From NCBI GenBank assembly GCA_900128395.1, contig LT649298.1:1-42844 (forward strand): 42,844 nt of DNA, written 5' to 3'. Under the pieces are notes generated by a model. The model was not told the origin of the DNA, ran no database searches, and worked only from the letters and a program-made list of their open reading frames with translations. A program made the translations under genes and the position numbers. Positions 32,769 through 42,844 of the stretch are shown here, piece by piece (positions within the stretch are counted from its first letter, which is position 1; every line of letters starts with the position of its first letter). This DNA is from Stramenopiles sp. TOSAG23-2. Its lineage: Eukaryota.

Positions 32769-33971
32769 ATGAATACTAACAACACTAACAATATGATACG
32801 AAAAAAGACAAAGAAAAAATCAGACCATGCATGGGAAAATGTGGAAGATGTAAATGGCATGTTGCAAGCAGTCACATCGCAGGAAAGTCTTTATCAAAAT
32901 GAACGGTTGAAAAGGAAAAGAACTTTAGAAAAAGCAAATGTTCCACAAAATATTAGACGTGGTATCATACGTTATTTGCAAATTATTGTAGATCTGTCGG
33001 AAAGTGTCGTTAGTAACGATTTGAAGCCAACACGATTGCAGGTTTTAAAAGAAGAGTTAGATGGTTTCGTAACGAATTATTTTGATCAAAATCCATTATC
33101 TGAAGTTGGTTTAATTACAACGAAAAATCAAACAGCAGAAGTTAAAGTAAGTTTTGAGCAAGCAAAGTCTTTGAGAGGAAATTTTTTTAAAAATCAATTG
33201 GGAACAACTGGTGAAGGACGCCCATCATTACAAAATGCTTTAGAGCTAGCAATAGAAGAACATAAACGTGTACCACCATATGGCACAAGAGAAATCTTAA
33301 TCATACAAAATGCATTATGTACAAATGATCCAGGTGATATAAAGGAAACAATTCAAAAATTAATTAATAATAAAATACGTGTGAATATAATAGGTTTAGG
33401 TGCCGAGATGTACATATGTCGTAAAATAGCCATGGATAGCGATGGCACTTATGAAGTTGCATTAAATCGACAACATTTAAGAATGTTAATAAGTAATTTA
33501 CAAGTTCCGCCACCAATAATGGATGATCATGGTGGTAAATATGCACGTCGAATTCCAGTGGGCTTTCCAACTATAACTAATAACAGTATTGTCTTGTCAT
33601 CAACAAATAGTAATAACAATGCAAATCTAACAAAAGTGATCTGTCAACCTAACGAAGAATATTGTAATGATGGATTTAAATGTCCAAAATGTGAAACTCA
33701 TATTAAGACTGAATTGCCATACAAATGCAATGTATGTAATTTATTTTTGCTAAGTTCACCGCATTTATGTAGAAGTTATCATCATTTATTTGGAATTGAA
33801 CCATTTGAAGAAGTTACAACTTCAGAATTAGGAAGAAAATGTTATTGTTGTGGAATGTCATTAGATAATAAATTACAAATGCAATGCATGAAATGTAAAA
33901 AAATATTTTCCTCGGAATGTGAAATCTATATTCGAAAATCATTGCATAATTGTCCTGGATGTTGTCAATAA
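32769..33971 (+). CDS. GTF2H2: TFIIH subunit p44/Ssl1
   Basis: RRGIIRYLQIIVDLS vWA start, DLKPTRL, YFDQNPLS, PSLQNAL, DPGDI, CPKC..ELP..C..C, SSPHLCRSYHHLF, LHNCPGC. First ATG is at 32769. Confidence 0.96.
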   Translation: MNTNNTNNMIRKKTKKKSDHAWENVEDVNGMLQAVTSQESLYQNERLKRKRTLEKANVPQNIRRGIIRYLQIIVDLSESVVSNDLKPTRLQVLKEELDGFVTNYFDQNPLSEVGLITTKNQTAEVKVSFEQAKSLRGNFFKNQLGTTGEGRPSLQNALELAIEEHKRVPPYGTREILIIQNALCTNDPGDIKETIQKLINNKIRVNIIGLGAEMYICRKIAMDSDGTYEVALNRQHLRMLISNLQVPPPIMDDHGGKYARRIPVGFPTITNNSIVLSSTNSNNNANLTKVICQPNEEYCNDGFKCPKCETHIKTELPYKCNVCNLFLLSSPHLCRSYHHLFGIEPFEEVTTSELGRKCYCCGMSLDNKLQMQCMKCKKIFSSECEIYIRKSLHNCPGCCQ

Positions 33972-34365
33972 ATCAAAAAGGAGACTGTGTGATTATATAT
34001 ATATACATAATATATGCATATACCAGAAGATACAAAGATTCTGTGTGTGTGTGTCTGTGTTTAAATATGATGGTTAAAATCTAATAAAGTTATATATATA
34101 TATACACATACGAACGTAGAAGGGTATGATAGTGTAAAATTATATACCTTCGTACTCGTATATTTAATACATAACTCTATGAGGAAAGAAAAATTTTCAT
34201 GAGAATATTAAAAATTTAAAAATTTTATATATATATATATATATACGAAGTATAATTTTTTTGAATAAATTATTATGGTGAATATAAACACAAAAAAGAA
34301 ATTTTTAGATTTATTAAGTGTGTGTGTGGTCTAATTATCATAGATTCCACACAATATTTATTCCA

Positions 34366-35052
34366 TTACTGCATTTCTGCCATCAAATTATTAAATGCTG
34401 CTTCCTCATCTTCATCAAGATTATTGTCTTGAACTTTTGGTTTCTCGTTAGGTACATTTGGCATATTAATTTGATCGACGACATTATTCTCTTCTACTAC
34501 ACCAGGCTTCATCATTTCCTCTTCCATTAATTCTTTCTCCATGTCATCTAATTCACCTAATAACTCATCATCATCCACCGTATCTCCCATTTGTTGTCCT
34601 AGCGCATTAGAAATCTCTTCTCCCATATCCATATTCTCTTGAAGATCATCCATTAATTCTGTGACATTATCGACATCCATACTAGCGGTAATTGATTGCA
34701 ATCCAGCTTTCGATTCTTGCATGGCGCCAACTACGACAGCATTAGTAGCTGCATTTTCCAATGTGAATTTCTGTTGTTCCAAAGTAGCTAATATATTGTT
34801 GATTTTATCAACTTCAGCTTGATACATTTTTTTACGTTTTAAACATAAAATTGCACCACGTTTATCACCCTTTGCACTTTTAGCTTTTGCTAATTTTAAT
34901 TGTTGCATAATTTTCGTATTTAAATGTGCTTCACGCTTTTCATTTGATTTAATTGTATCATCAATTACTTTCATGGATTCTGCCATACTTTTTGGCTTTT
35001 CTGCTTTGGTTACTTTCTTTGGTGCACGACCAAATATATTAAAAGACGCCAT
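34366..35052 (-). CDS. SNF7: ESCRT-III subunit Snf7/Vps32/CHMP4
   Basis: KREAHL, KRGAILCLKRKKMY, TLEQQKFTLE, MDVDNVTELMDDLQE, EISNAL, DDDELLGELDDM, MPNVP. Confidence 0.94.
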   Translation of the reverse strand: MASFNIFGRAPKKVTKAEKPKSMAESMKVIDDTIKSNEKREAHLNTKIMQQLKLAKAKSAKGDKRGAILCLKRKKMYQAEVDKINNILATLEQQKFTLENAATNAVVVGAMQESKAGLQSITASMDVDNVTELMDDLQENMDMGEEISNALGQQMGDTVDDDELLGELDDMEKELMEEEMMKPGVVEENNVVDQINMPNVPNEKPKVQDNNLDEDEEAAFNNLMAEMQ

Positions 35053-36110
35053 TTTTTATTTTATTTTTTTTTTTATATACTACAAATACTAAATTTATTA
35101 TTTTACTGTGCTTATATACCTGATATTTAAATATATATATATATATGAATATACGTAACAAGGTAATTGTATACTGTTTTTATTTCTTACTTTAACAAAT
35201 AATAACGATAATATCAAACTTCTTTTTCTCTATAAACGTTTGACTGATTTGTATATTTCTATTTACTTTGCACCATTGTGTGTTTTTAGTTCATGATTTT
35301 ATTCACACATAAAATATATAAGAAAATATATTGAAGATGAATGTTGTAGTGTGTTGGTCTAGTTGTCGAGTTTTGTCGATTGATAGGTGGTTTTGACAAC
35401 TAACCACTTATTCAACTAGTATAAAAAATAATAGAATATAGTACTTCGTCGTATCCTTAAATATTATTTCATTTTTATAGGTGTCTATACTAATTACAAT
35501 AAGAACAAAATAATCATTTGTAGACTTGCAAGACTAAGATCCTATTTAAAAGTGGAAAAACACTAAAAAATATGAAAAAAATAACACTATTCAAATGGAT
35601 GTGTTGGCGTTCTGGACCAGAGCATTGTTCGACTCACCAAATGCACATTTTAAAGCAAAACGATTATTTCAATTATTATAAGCGCAAGTTTTAATAATCG
35701 CAGTTTGTATATCTCTACATGTAGTAGAAATCCAATTAGAAGATATTATATATATCATATAATTTATATATATAATATATATAATGTAGGAAACAGATCT
35801 ACAACTTTATACATTAAGAATGAAAAAGAAGTGGTTTGTCTAAACGAGAAGAATTGTCAATCTAATTCATCAAATTCGGACGAGGATTTATCTATAGAAT
35901 ATTAAAGTATACTAAATAAATACATATTACTAGTGACCCTGTAAAAAAAACTTTATTATTAAATTATATGTAAGAGAAAATTTTTATATTTAAATGTTAT
36001 TGTCTATGAATAAGGACGTTAACTAAATTAATAAAAATACAAAGAGTAACTAATTAAATTTAAATACAGAGAGTACGTCGTATTTTATAAATATTACGTT
36101 CGTATATTTA

Positions 36111-39100
36111 CTACTTTAGCATTGGATTTTTTACTATCATCATTGACTCCCTGGTAAGACTACTATCTTCCCATTCTTCTTCTAACCTTTGTTTGGTTAG
36201 TCTTTTTCGTAGGATTTGCATATCTTTTGCTTGGCTTTTGTTATCATCCCGTAGATCTTTAATATCATCCCGTAGCTCTTTAATATCATCCAGTAGCTTA
36301 CTGTTTTCATCTCGCAGCTTGTTATTTTCATCCTTTAGCACGGAAATATATTCTTTTTCACCACCAACCATACTGGAACGGACAATTTCATTCAACTCAA
36401 CACTTTTATCCAATGGATTGGTAACCCATTCAACCTGCGAAGCTCGTAACCATATTCCAATTCCTTTACTGCAACAAGGGCGGCAAATGCGCCAAGAAGC
36501 GATGGTAGCACACACATTTTTTGCCGAACCAGTGAGCCTGCCGCGATTCTCCATCCACGAAAGCCATACATATGTACCCAATCCTACAAACGAACAGATA
36601 ATGTTCATTGCCAGAACAACTGCCTCCCCGACGAGACAGATATAGTGCGCCAACGACTCTTCTGACCGGCATTGCGGATAAACGACGAAAATTCCACCAA
36701 TCCACAAGGTCAGAAAGCAGCAAGTCAGTAACAATATCTCTAACCGCGACAGCATTTTTGTCTGAAAAGGTTGTGCCAGCACCGTGTGCACCAACAACAT
36801 ACCCACCACACCTATAGACAGCAAGACTTGTAGCTTTCCAACGAAGATGCCAATGACAATAACAGATACCTTTCTGACGACCACCCACACTTCGTGCATG
36901 TAATTTTCACGCTTAAACCCATCATAGAGCAATCCTAGACGTATGCGCGTCCTCGGCTCGTTTAGCTTGTTACGAAATTTGTAGAGCAATGCTACGGAAG
37001 CCAATGGCAGCCCTATGACGTAGCCCAGAATACCGGGTACGCCGACTCCCCATACCCATGCTTGATGGGTTGGATCATCGCACAAGGTTTCTGGGTCAAC
37101 AATGAAGATGGAGCCAACCCCCTTCACCTCTTGACATCTCCACAAGGACAACACACTGGAGCAAATGGATGGATAGACCAAATATAACAAGAGTACAATG
37201 GTGCCTGTTAGCATTGCTCGCCGTTTTGATGCGTGAATCACTCTACCGCAAGTGCACCAACCTATCACAGACAGGCATGCCAACACAGGGGGAAGAAGTA
37301 CATAAGCAAGTGTCTTGTAATATTCTACAGCTGCAATGGAGATAGGCTCGTCCATTGCACAACGAACATCAATAAACTCTTTTCCCACTGAAGAAAGCAT
37401 GCTTTGAACTTTAAAGACCGCTAAATAGTTGCCAGGCCATGGAATCTGCATGGTTGTAGACAGCGCAGCCAGCTGGAGGAAGGAAATAAAGATTTTCTTC
37501 GCACCATCAGAGTTTTTAAATGCCCCACCACGTTTTACCACCGTCGTCCATACCAAAAATAGAAGACATAGGAGCAACATAAACCCAAACACAAAAGGAA
37601 GCGTTTTGTTCAGTCCACGCTCGCCGCATTGTTTACATTTTCCCGTCCCATCTCGGCTGTATCCAGGCAAGCAATCAGCACATAGAGTAGAATTAGCACG
37701 GTATCCAGAGCTTTCATGACAACCTTCTGGATGATTTTCATTTTTCACCACTGGGTCTTGGCATTTTCCGTGCGGGTTGACAGCCCCTAAACAGGCACAT
37801 GCATACAAACAGGGTATAAAGTCAATCGAATTTGGAACGCGCCAGTACCCTGTCAAAGCCAAGATACCGGAAGCATCCGTGCCTCCTGGGCAGAATGCCC
37901 CCACCGGGCAGGTAATGCATTGTCTGTTTTCCAGATACTGGTTTGGAGGACATGTATTGGGGCAATAATTTTCCACCGTTCCCGTTGCATTCGACATCCC
38001 ACCGGGCAGGTAATGCATTGTCTGTTTTCCAGATACTGGTTTGGAGGACATGTATTGGGGCAATAATTTTCCACCGTTCCCGTTGCATTCGACATGCCAG
38101 GTTCGTTACCATATCTTCCTGCTGGGCAGGCGAGACAGGCAGAACCCATTACCGATTGACCCGTGAACGCTCCAAATCTAGCCACTGGACAGTCTACGCA
38201 AGCGCTAGATTCAAGACTTTTTTCAACTAAATTGGATATTTTTTTGCCATATTTGCCTGATGGACATGGGGTTTTCAAACCGTTGCTGCAATAAAAACCA
38301 TCCGGACAGACCAAACAGTCACTTTCAGAGGTCTGACCAATGTGGGAGCCATACTTTCCACGTTCGCATATAAATTCACAAACTTCTTCAAGGGTGGTTT
38401 TACCTGTTGCATCTCCGTACCGACCCAACGGGCATGTGTTCAGACATCCTTTGTCTACAGAAGAAGCTCCTGTGACATTTCCATACCTTCCACCAGGACA
38501 TTTCAGCAAGCAGGAGGTTTGACCTGTGGAAGGGTTGTATCGCCCTACAGCACAGCTTACACATGCTTTTGACTCCAGAATTTTGCCCGCCTTGGTTCCA
38601 TAGGTACCTGTTGGACAGTCGTGACAGGCGGATACGTTGGCTCCATACTTTCCTGGCTGACATCCGACAAAGCATATGACGCCTTCATTCGGGTTGGGTT
38701 TGTTGACGCAGATGGGGTTTGTGTACCCATTGGAGACGCACAGGGTCGGGGTGCATCTGGTGGGAGGGATGAACAAAGATGCACTTTGATGGTCACTTAT
38801 GTTTTCCCCCAAAAACTGTTTTCCCGTTGCATTTACATATGAAAATTCAGCGTTAATCAGTGTAATCGATGGGGTCCCCTGATTTGGTCCTTTAGTCATC
38901 ATCTGATGTCCACGCCCGTTACTTGCCTCATTTAGTAGAAAGAAAGAATCATAAGCTGTCAAAACCGCCGAACGCATAAGGTATATTCCTCCTCCTCCGT
39001 ACAGACTAGTTGCATCCGTCTGCATGTTTTGGGTTAAATTGACGTTTCCTAAGATTACATTTCCATTGCTTATAAAGATACCGCCACCACGACCGGTGGC

Positions 39101-42100
39101 TTGATTGTTCCTAATTGTTGAGTTAAAGATTTGCCCTACAGCATTTTCTACTACAGAAATTGCCCCGCCAGTAGCTTGCATTGCTTGATTATTAAAGAAA
39201 AGGCATTTGTTCGCGTAAAGTCTGGAACTAGTGCCGCTGATGAGCACAGCACCACCACTCCCCACTCCACCCGTCAGGTTCAAACTCTTCAACACCAGTT
39301 CCCCACCGCTCTCGAGTTTAAAGAGACGGTTGTGACCCGCACCTATCAATTTTGGCAGCACCCCTTCAGCATTTGGCACTCCCGTCACATTCAATTTTTC
39401 CGTCACGACAATTTCATAGTACATGACGCAATCGCTGGTGATGGTAAAATTTCCCGCTCGTAGAATGGAACACGGCGGGGGTAGATTCTCACAGACCACA
39501 CCTTCGTCTTTGTTTGGCTTGTCTACACAGTATTGGGTGTACAAAGGGTTGTCGGCGTTGACGTTTTGGAGGGCTGCTCCGTTGGTGAATGAAATGTCGG
39601 ATAAGTCCTCGAAAGTATTGTCATTTATATTTATAAGATGCAGTTTGGACTTAGAACAGCACAACGATATTGCCTCGCCAGATTTTGTTTCGCTTTCACT
39701 AACTACTAATTTGTTGCCAGTGAATGAAGAACCTTGTCCCAGAATGTAAATGTAATTTTCGAAAGCTCCGTCTTCCCAACTTTTAATTGCCCCACCAGTT
39801 CCTGGGGGATAATATGTATAATTCGACCTCGCAACATTATTTGAGTATATTGTATCCACGCTCACCAATGTACAGCTTCCTATAAGCAAAGCTCCACCCT
39901 GACCAGCAACATTTTTATCTAAAACACATTTGTCTAATTTCAACACACCATCACATTGAATTGCCCCGCCACTGTGACTGTTGATACCCCCAGTCAACTC
40001 CAAACTCTCTAGCACCAATTCACCCCCGTTTACATAAAAAAGACGATTCGACCCACCTCCATGCACTTTGGGCAATCTTCCATCCGCGCTGGGAATCCCA
40101 ACCACTTCTAAAAAATCAACCACGGTGATTTGCGTTGCCTGAATACAATCTTGCGAGATAGTGAATCGTCCAGAGGTGGGAATGTTGCAGGGCGGTTTAC
40201 ATAATACTCCTTCGTTTTGGTTGGGTTTGTCTGCACACACGTAGGAAGCTGGGTAGTCATTGTCTTCGCACTGGGTTGGGGTGGCGGAGCAATCAGAAGG
40301 CTTTTGTCCTTCGAACGAACCGTCATAGTAGCTATTGATGAAATAAACGTCTGCTGTGTCAGCGACAATTCCCCCCCCAAAAGATAATGTTACGTCTTTT
40401 AATTGTCCAATATATTTTCGAGTACCTTCAGACCAATCGCCAACTAAAATATTTCCTGGTGCATCTGCAATTGTTATTGGGGCATCCTTTGTGCCCATGT
40501 GTACTCCATCTACATACAATGAAAACGTTCCGCCATTACCGGTATGGTTGCATACAACTTCATGCCAGGCATCAAGTGATACATTGCCAGAGGCAATAGA
40601 ATCACCCGAAAGACTTCCCATTAAATAACATCTTATTTTTTGTTGTAACAACAATACTTCAAAACCATAATTGGTCTTAGATTTAGCAACAATTTCCCTG
40701 AAATGCGTACTCGCATGGTTGCTAGAAATTTTCATGGAGAACGATATTGACCTCAGTTTATTGGCATGAAAATGTATGCCTGTGTCTATGTAACCATTTC
40801 CGTCGAACGTTAAAACACCATTTGCATCGGTTTGTACACTATTGGTACCCCCTTCGACACTCATACTACTTTTCACAGCGTCGTTTGCAATATAATAATT
40901 TTCTGCAGTTCGCACTGCTGCACTTGTATGCTCCCCCCCCGTCAAGTTCAAATACTTCACCACCAGTTCCCCGCCACTCTCGACTTTGAAAAATCGGTTG
41001 GACCCTCCGCCGATGATTTTTGGCAAGTTTCCTTGGGCATCTGGGATACCCGTGACGTTTAATTTGCCCGTAACATGGATTTGGTTGTAGAGGATGCAAT
41101 CGCCGGTGATAGTGGCGGAACCGCTGGTGGGAATGGGGCATGTGGGCTTGGGACATGCATCGGTCTCGGAGGTCTTTCCTTCTACTGCTCCATATTTACC
41201 GATAGGGCAAGTTGATGGGCAACCTTCGGCTTCCGTTGTTTTATTAATTAAATTGCCAAACTTTCCAGCTGGGCAGGAGGTACACGTGCCTGTGGATGAG
41301 GGTTGAGTATGTCGATTGCTCGCTGTCATGATAGTAGTTGGCAATTTTGTTCCATATGTTCCCGGTAGACATGGAAGCGTTATGTATGAAGTACCATCGG
41401 TTGAAATTACACTTTCTGCGGTCGACAGTGCTCCTGGATAACTAACACCTTGGTTATTTGCGACAACAGACCTTTCATTGACATAGCATTTCGATTTGTC
41501 ATAACAATGAAATCCACCACCCGAATTTGCTTTTGTTGCTTCATTCTTTGTAATAATAGTCGCATTAAAAACGCATTCTGCGCTAGAACGACAGTCTAAA
41601 CCACCACCTTGGCCAGCGCTTACATTATTTTCAGAAACAACCGAGTTTACCATGGTCAATTTGGCACCAGAAATAGCAAGCCCACCACCACAGTGCTCTG
41701 CCCAATTTTTTTCTACGATTGAAGATTCTATATTAAGAGTAGCAGAACCGCGTCCGTAAATCGCACCCCCACATCGCCCAGCTTTATGATTATCAAAAAT
41801 ACTATTGTAAGCCAATAAAACACTTGTGGGTCCGGCAATATAAACGGCACTACCCATCCAACAATATCCACACGACGAGAGACTAGTTGTATCACCCCCT
41901 GTAAGCCTTAAATTTCTTAAAATTAGCTTTCCAGTTTCAAAAACGGTAAAAAAGCGATGCTTGGTGGAGGTATCCGCTCTTGATATTGTTGCTAAGTCTT
42001 TTCCTAACTTTGTGCCATTGATTTCTAGTCTACTACTGTTGATACATACTGAACTTTGGTGAGTGTAACGCCCAACAACGCAATCCCCAACACTTAGCGC

Positions 42101-42229
42101 ACAATCTGAACTCAGGAAAAAAGCACCAGATATTTGAGGGCTGGAACAGTCCCACTCCGTTTGCGCACCCACCGTGCCTACGCATATCGTGACCATAAAA
42201 AATAATATGTTGTATGTTGGTAATTTCAT
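36111..42229 (-). CDS. Giant modular surface protein (signal peptide, Pmp-like beta-helix repeats, LamG/ConA-like domain, GCC2/GCC3 Cys-rich repeats, ~7 TM, coiled-coil tail), frameshifted by a 98-bp duplication
   Basis: ORFs 37853-42229 and 36111-38063 join into one 2006-aa frame (6119-98=6021 nt) if one duplicated copy is removed. GGAI/F..N.A repeats, C..CP.G.YG repeats and GLLYDGFK...HEVWVVVRK in the TM region. Confidence 0.85.
36238..36340 (-). repeat. Degenerate 21-bp coding repeat (heptad coiled coil)
   Basis: Encodes KDENNKL-RDENSKL-LDDIKEL-RDDIKDL-RDDNKSQ. Confidence 0.8.
37900..38095. repeat. Exact 98-bp tandem duplication
   Basis: 37900-37997 equals 37998-38095 (CCCACCGGGCAGG...TTCGACAT). 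Confidence 0.97.
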
Positions 42230-42538
42230 ATTTTTTTTCTTTTATTTTAAATGGTTCAAAGGTTTTTTTCTCGCGTCAATACTCTTACATTCTGCTCAAA
42301 AAACAATCCGCAACTCTGCGTATTCTTCCACGCTCAAGAGATGTGTATATAAATATTTATGTTTATGTAATGGTTATCGATTATGAATTATTATTTATTA
42401 CTTATTATTAATTAATAAATTATAACACATGCATCATTATATTACATGCATGCGTAATATATATATATATTAAATATTAAATAATGATTAATTATTAACT
42501 AATAATTATATTTAATACTGGACACCCATTGCCCCATT

Positions 42539-42805
42539 CTATGCATCGGTATATCGTTCAACAACATTTACATTTTTCACCATTCTTTTAACAACAACAT
42601 CGATATCATCCTCATCCTCAGGATCATCGCTAACTTCAATATTGGAGAGACTAAAAAACTTTACCACATTACGACGTTTTTTGTAAATAAAAACATATCC
42701 AGCAAATACAATTAATTCGACACAAATGGATAAAAAAATTGTTGTAATTACAATAACAGTAATCGGATTTTTTCCCTTCAAGATCATTTTCTGTACCTTT
42801 ATCAT
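42539..42805 (-). CDS. Probable 3' end of a single-pass membrane protein, possibly frameshifted
   Basis: TM helix (ITVIVITTIFLSICVELIVFAGYVFIY), stop-transfer KKRR and acidic tail. An in-frame TAA lies just upstream (42818-42820) within A-runs. Confidence 0.45.
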   Translation of the reverse strand: MIKVQKMILKGKNPITVIVITTIFLSICVELIVFAGYVFIYKKRRNVVKFFSLSNIEVSDDPEDEDDIDVVVKRMVKNVNVVERYTDA

Positions 42806-42844
42806 TATTTTTGTTTTTTACCATTGTCTTGCAAGGTATACGCC

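Noticed and set aside
12554-35052. VPS20 and SNF7 as an ESCRT-III cluster
   Set aside because: About 21 kb apart with unrelated genes in between; ancient paralogues.
41879-41893. GAGACTAGTTGTATC match to 22898-22912
   Set aside because: Lies in frame within coding sequence and lacks the hairpin; treated as coincidence.

Overview
AT-rich, gene-dense eukaryotic nuclear DNA from a flagellated protist. A heterotrophic stramenopile is my guess, not something the sequence proves. The recognisable protein genes are essentially intronless: S10 serine carboxypeptidase, prominin/tweety-like 5-TM protein, PapD-like/ASH ciliary protein, TTC12, VPS20, UFD2, REV1, an IQ+multi-TM protein, a sacsin/NOV-like GHKL protein, a haloalkane dehalogenase, a truncated cNMP-binding protein, TFIIH p44, SNF7, and a ~2000-aa modular surface protein frameshifted by an exact 98-bp tandem duplication. 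The standout is a structurally complete tRNA-Leu(CAA) gene (7354-7512) whose D-loop is interrupted by a 77-nt insert with spliceosomal hallmarks (GTACGT donor, CTAAC branch-like motif, CAG acceptor, no BHB motif, no T-run longer than 3). This suggests a tRNA matured by the spliceosome. Intergenic DNA also carries a ~170-190-bp MITE-like repeat (2 copies), a short GC hairpin element (3 copies), and TACG-N1-4-CGTA palindromes concentrated in 3' regions between convergent genes.
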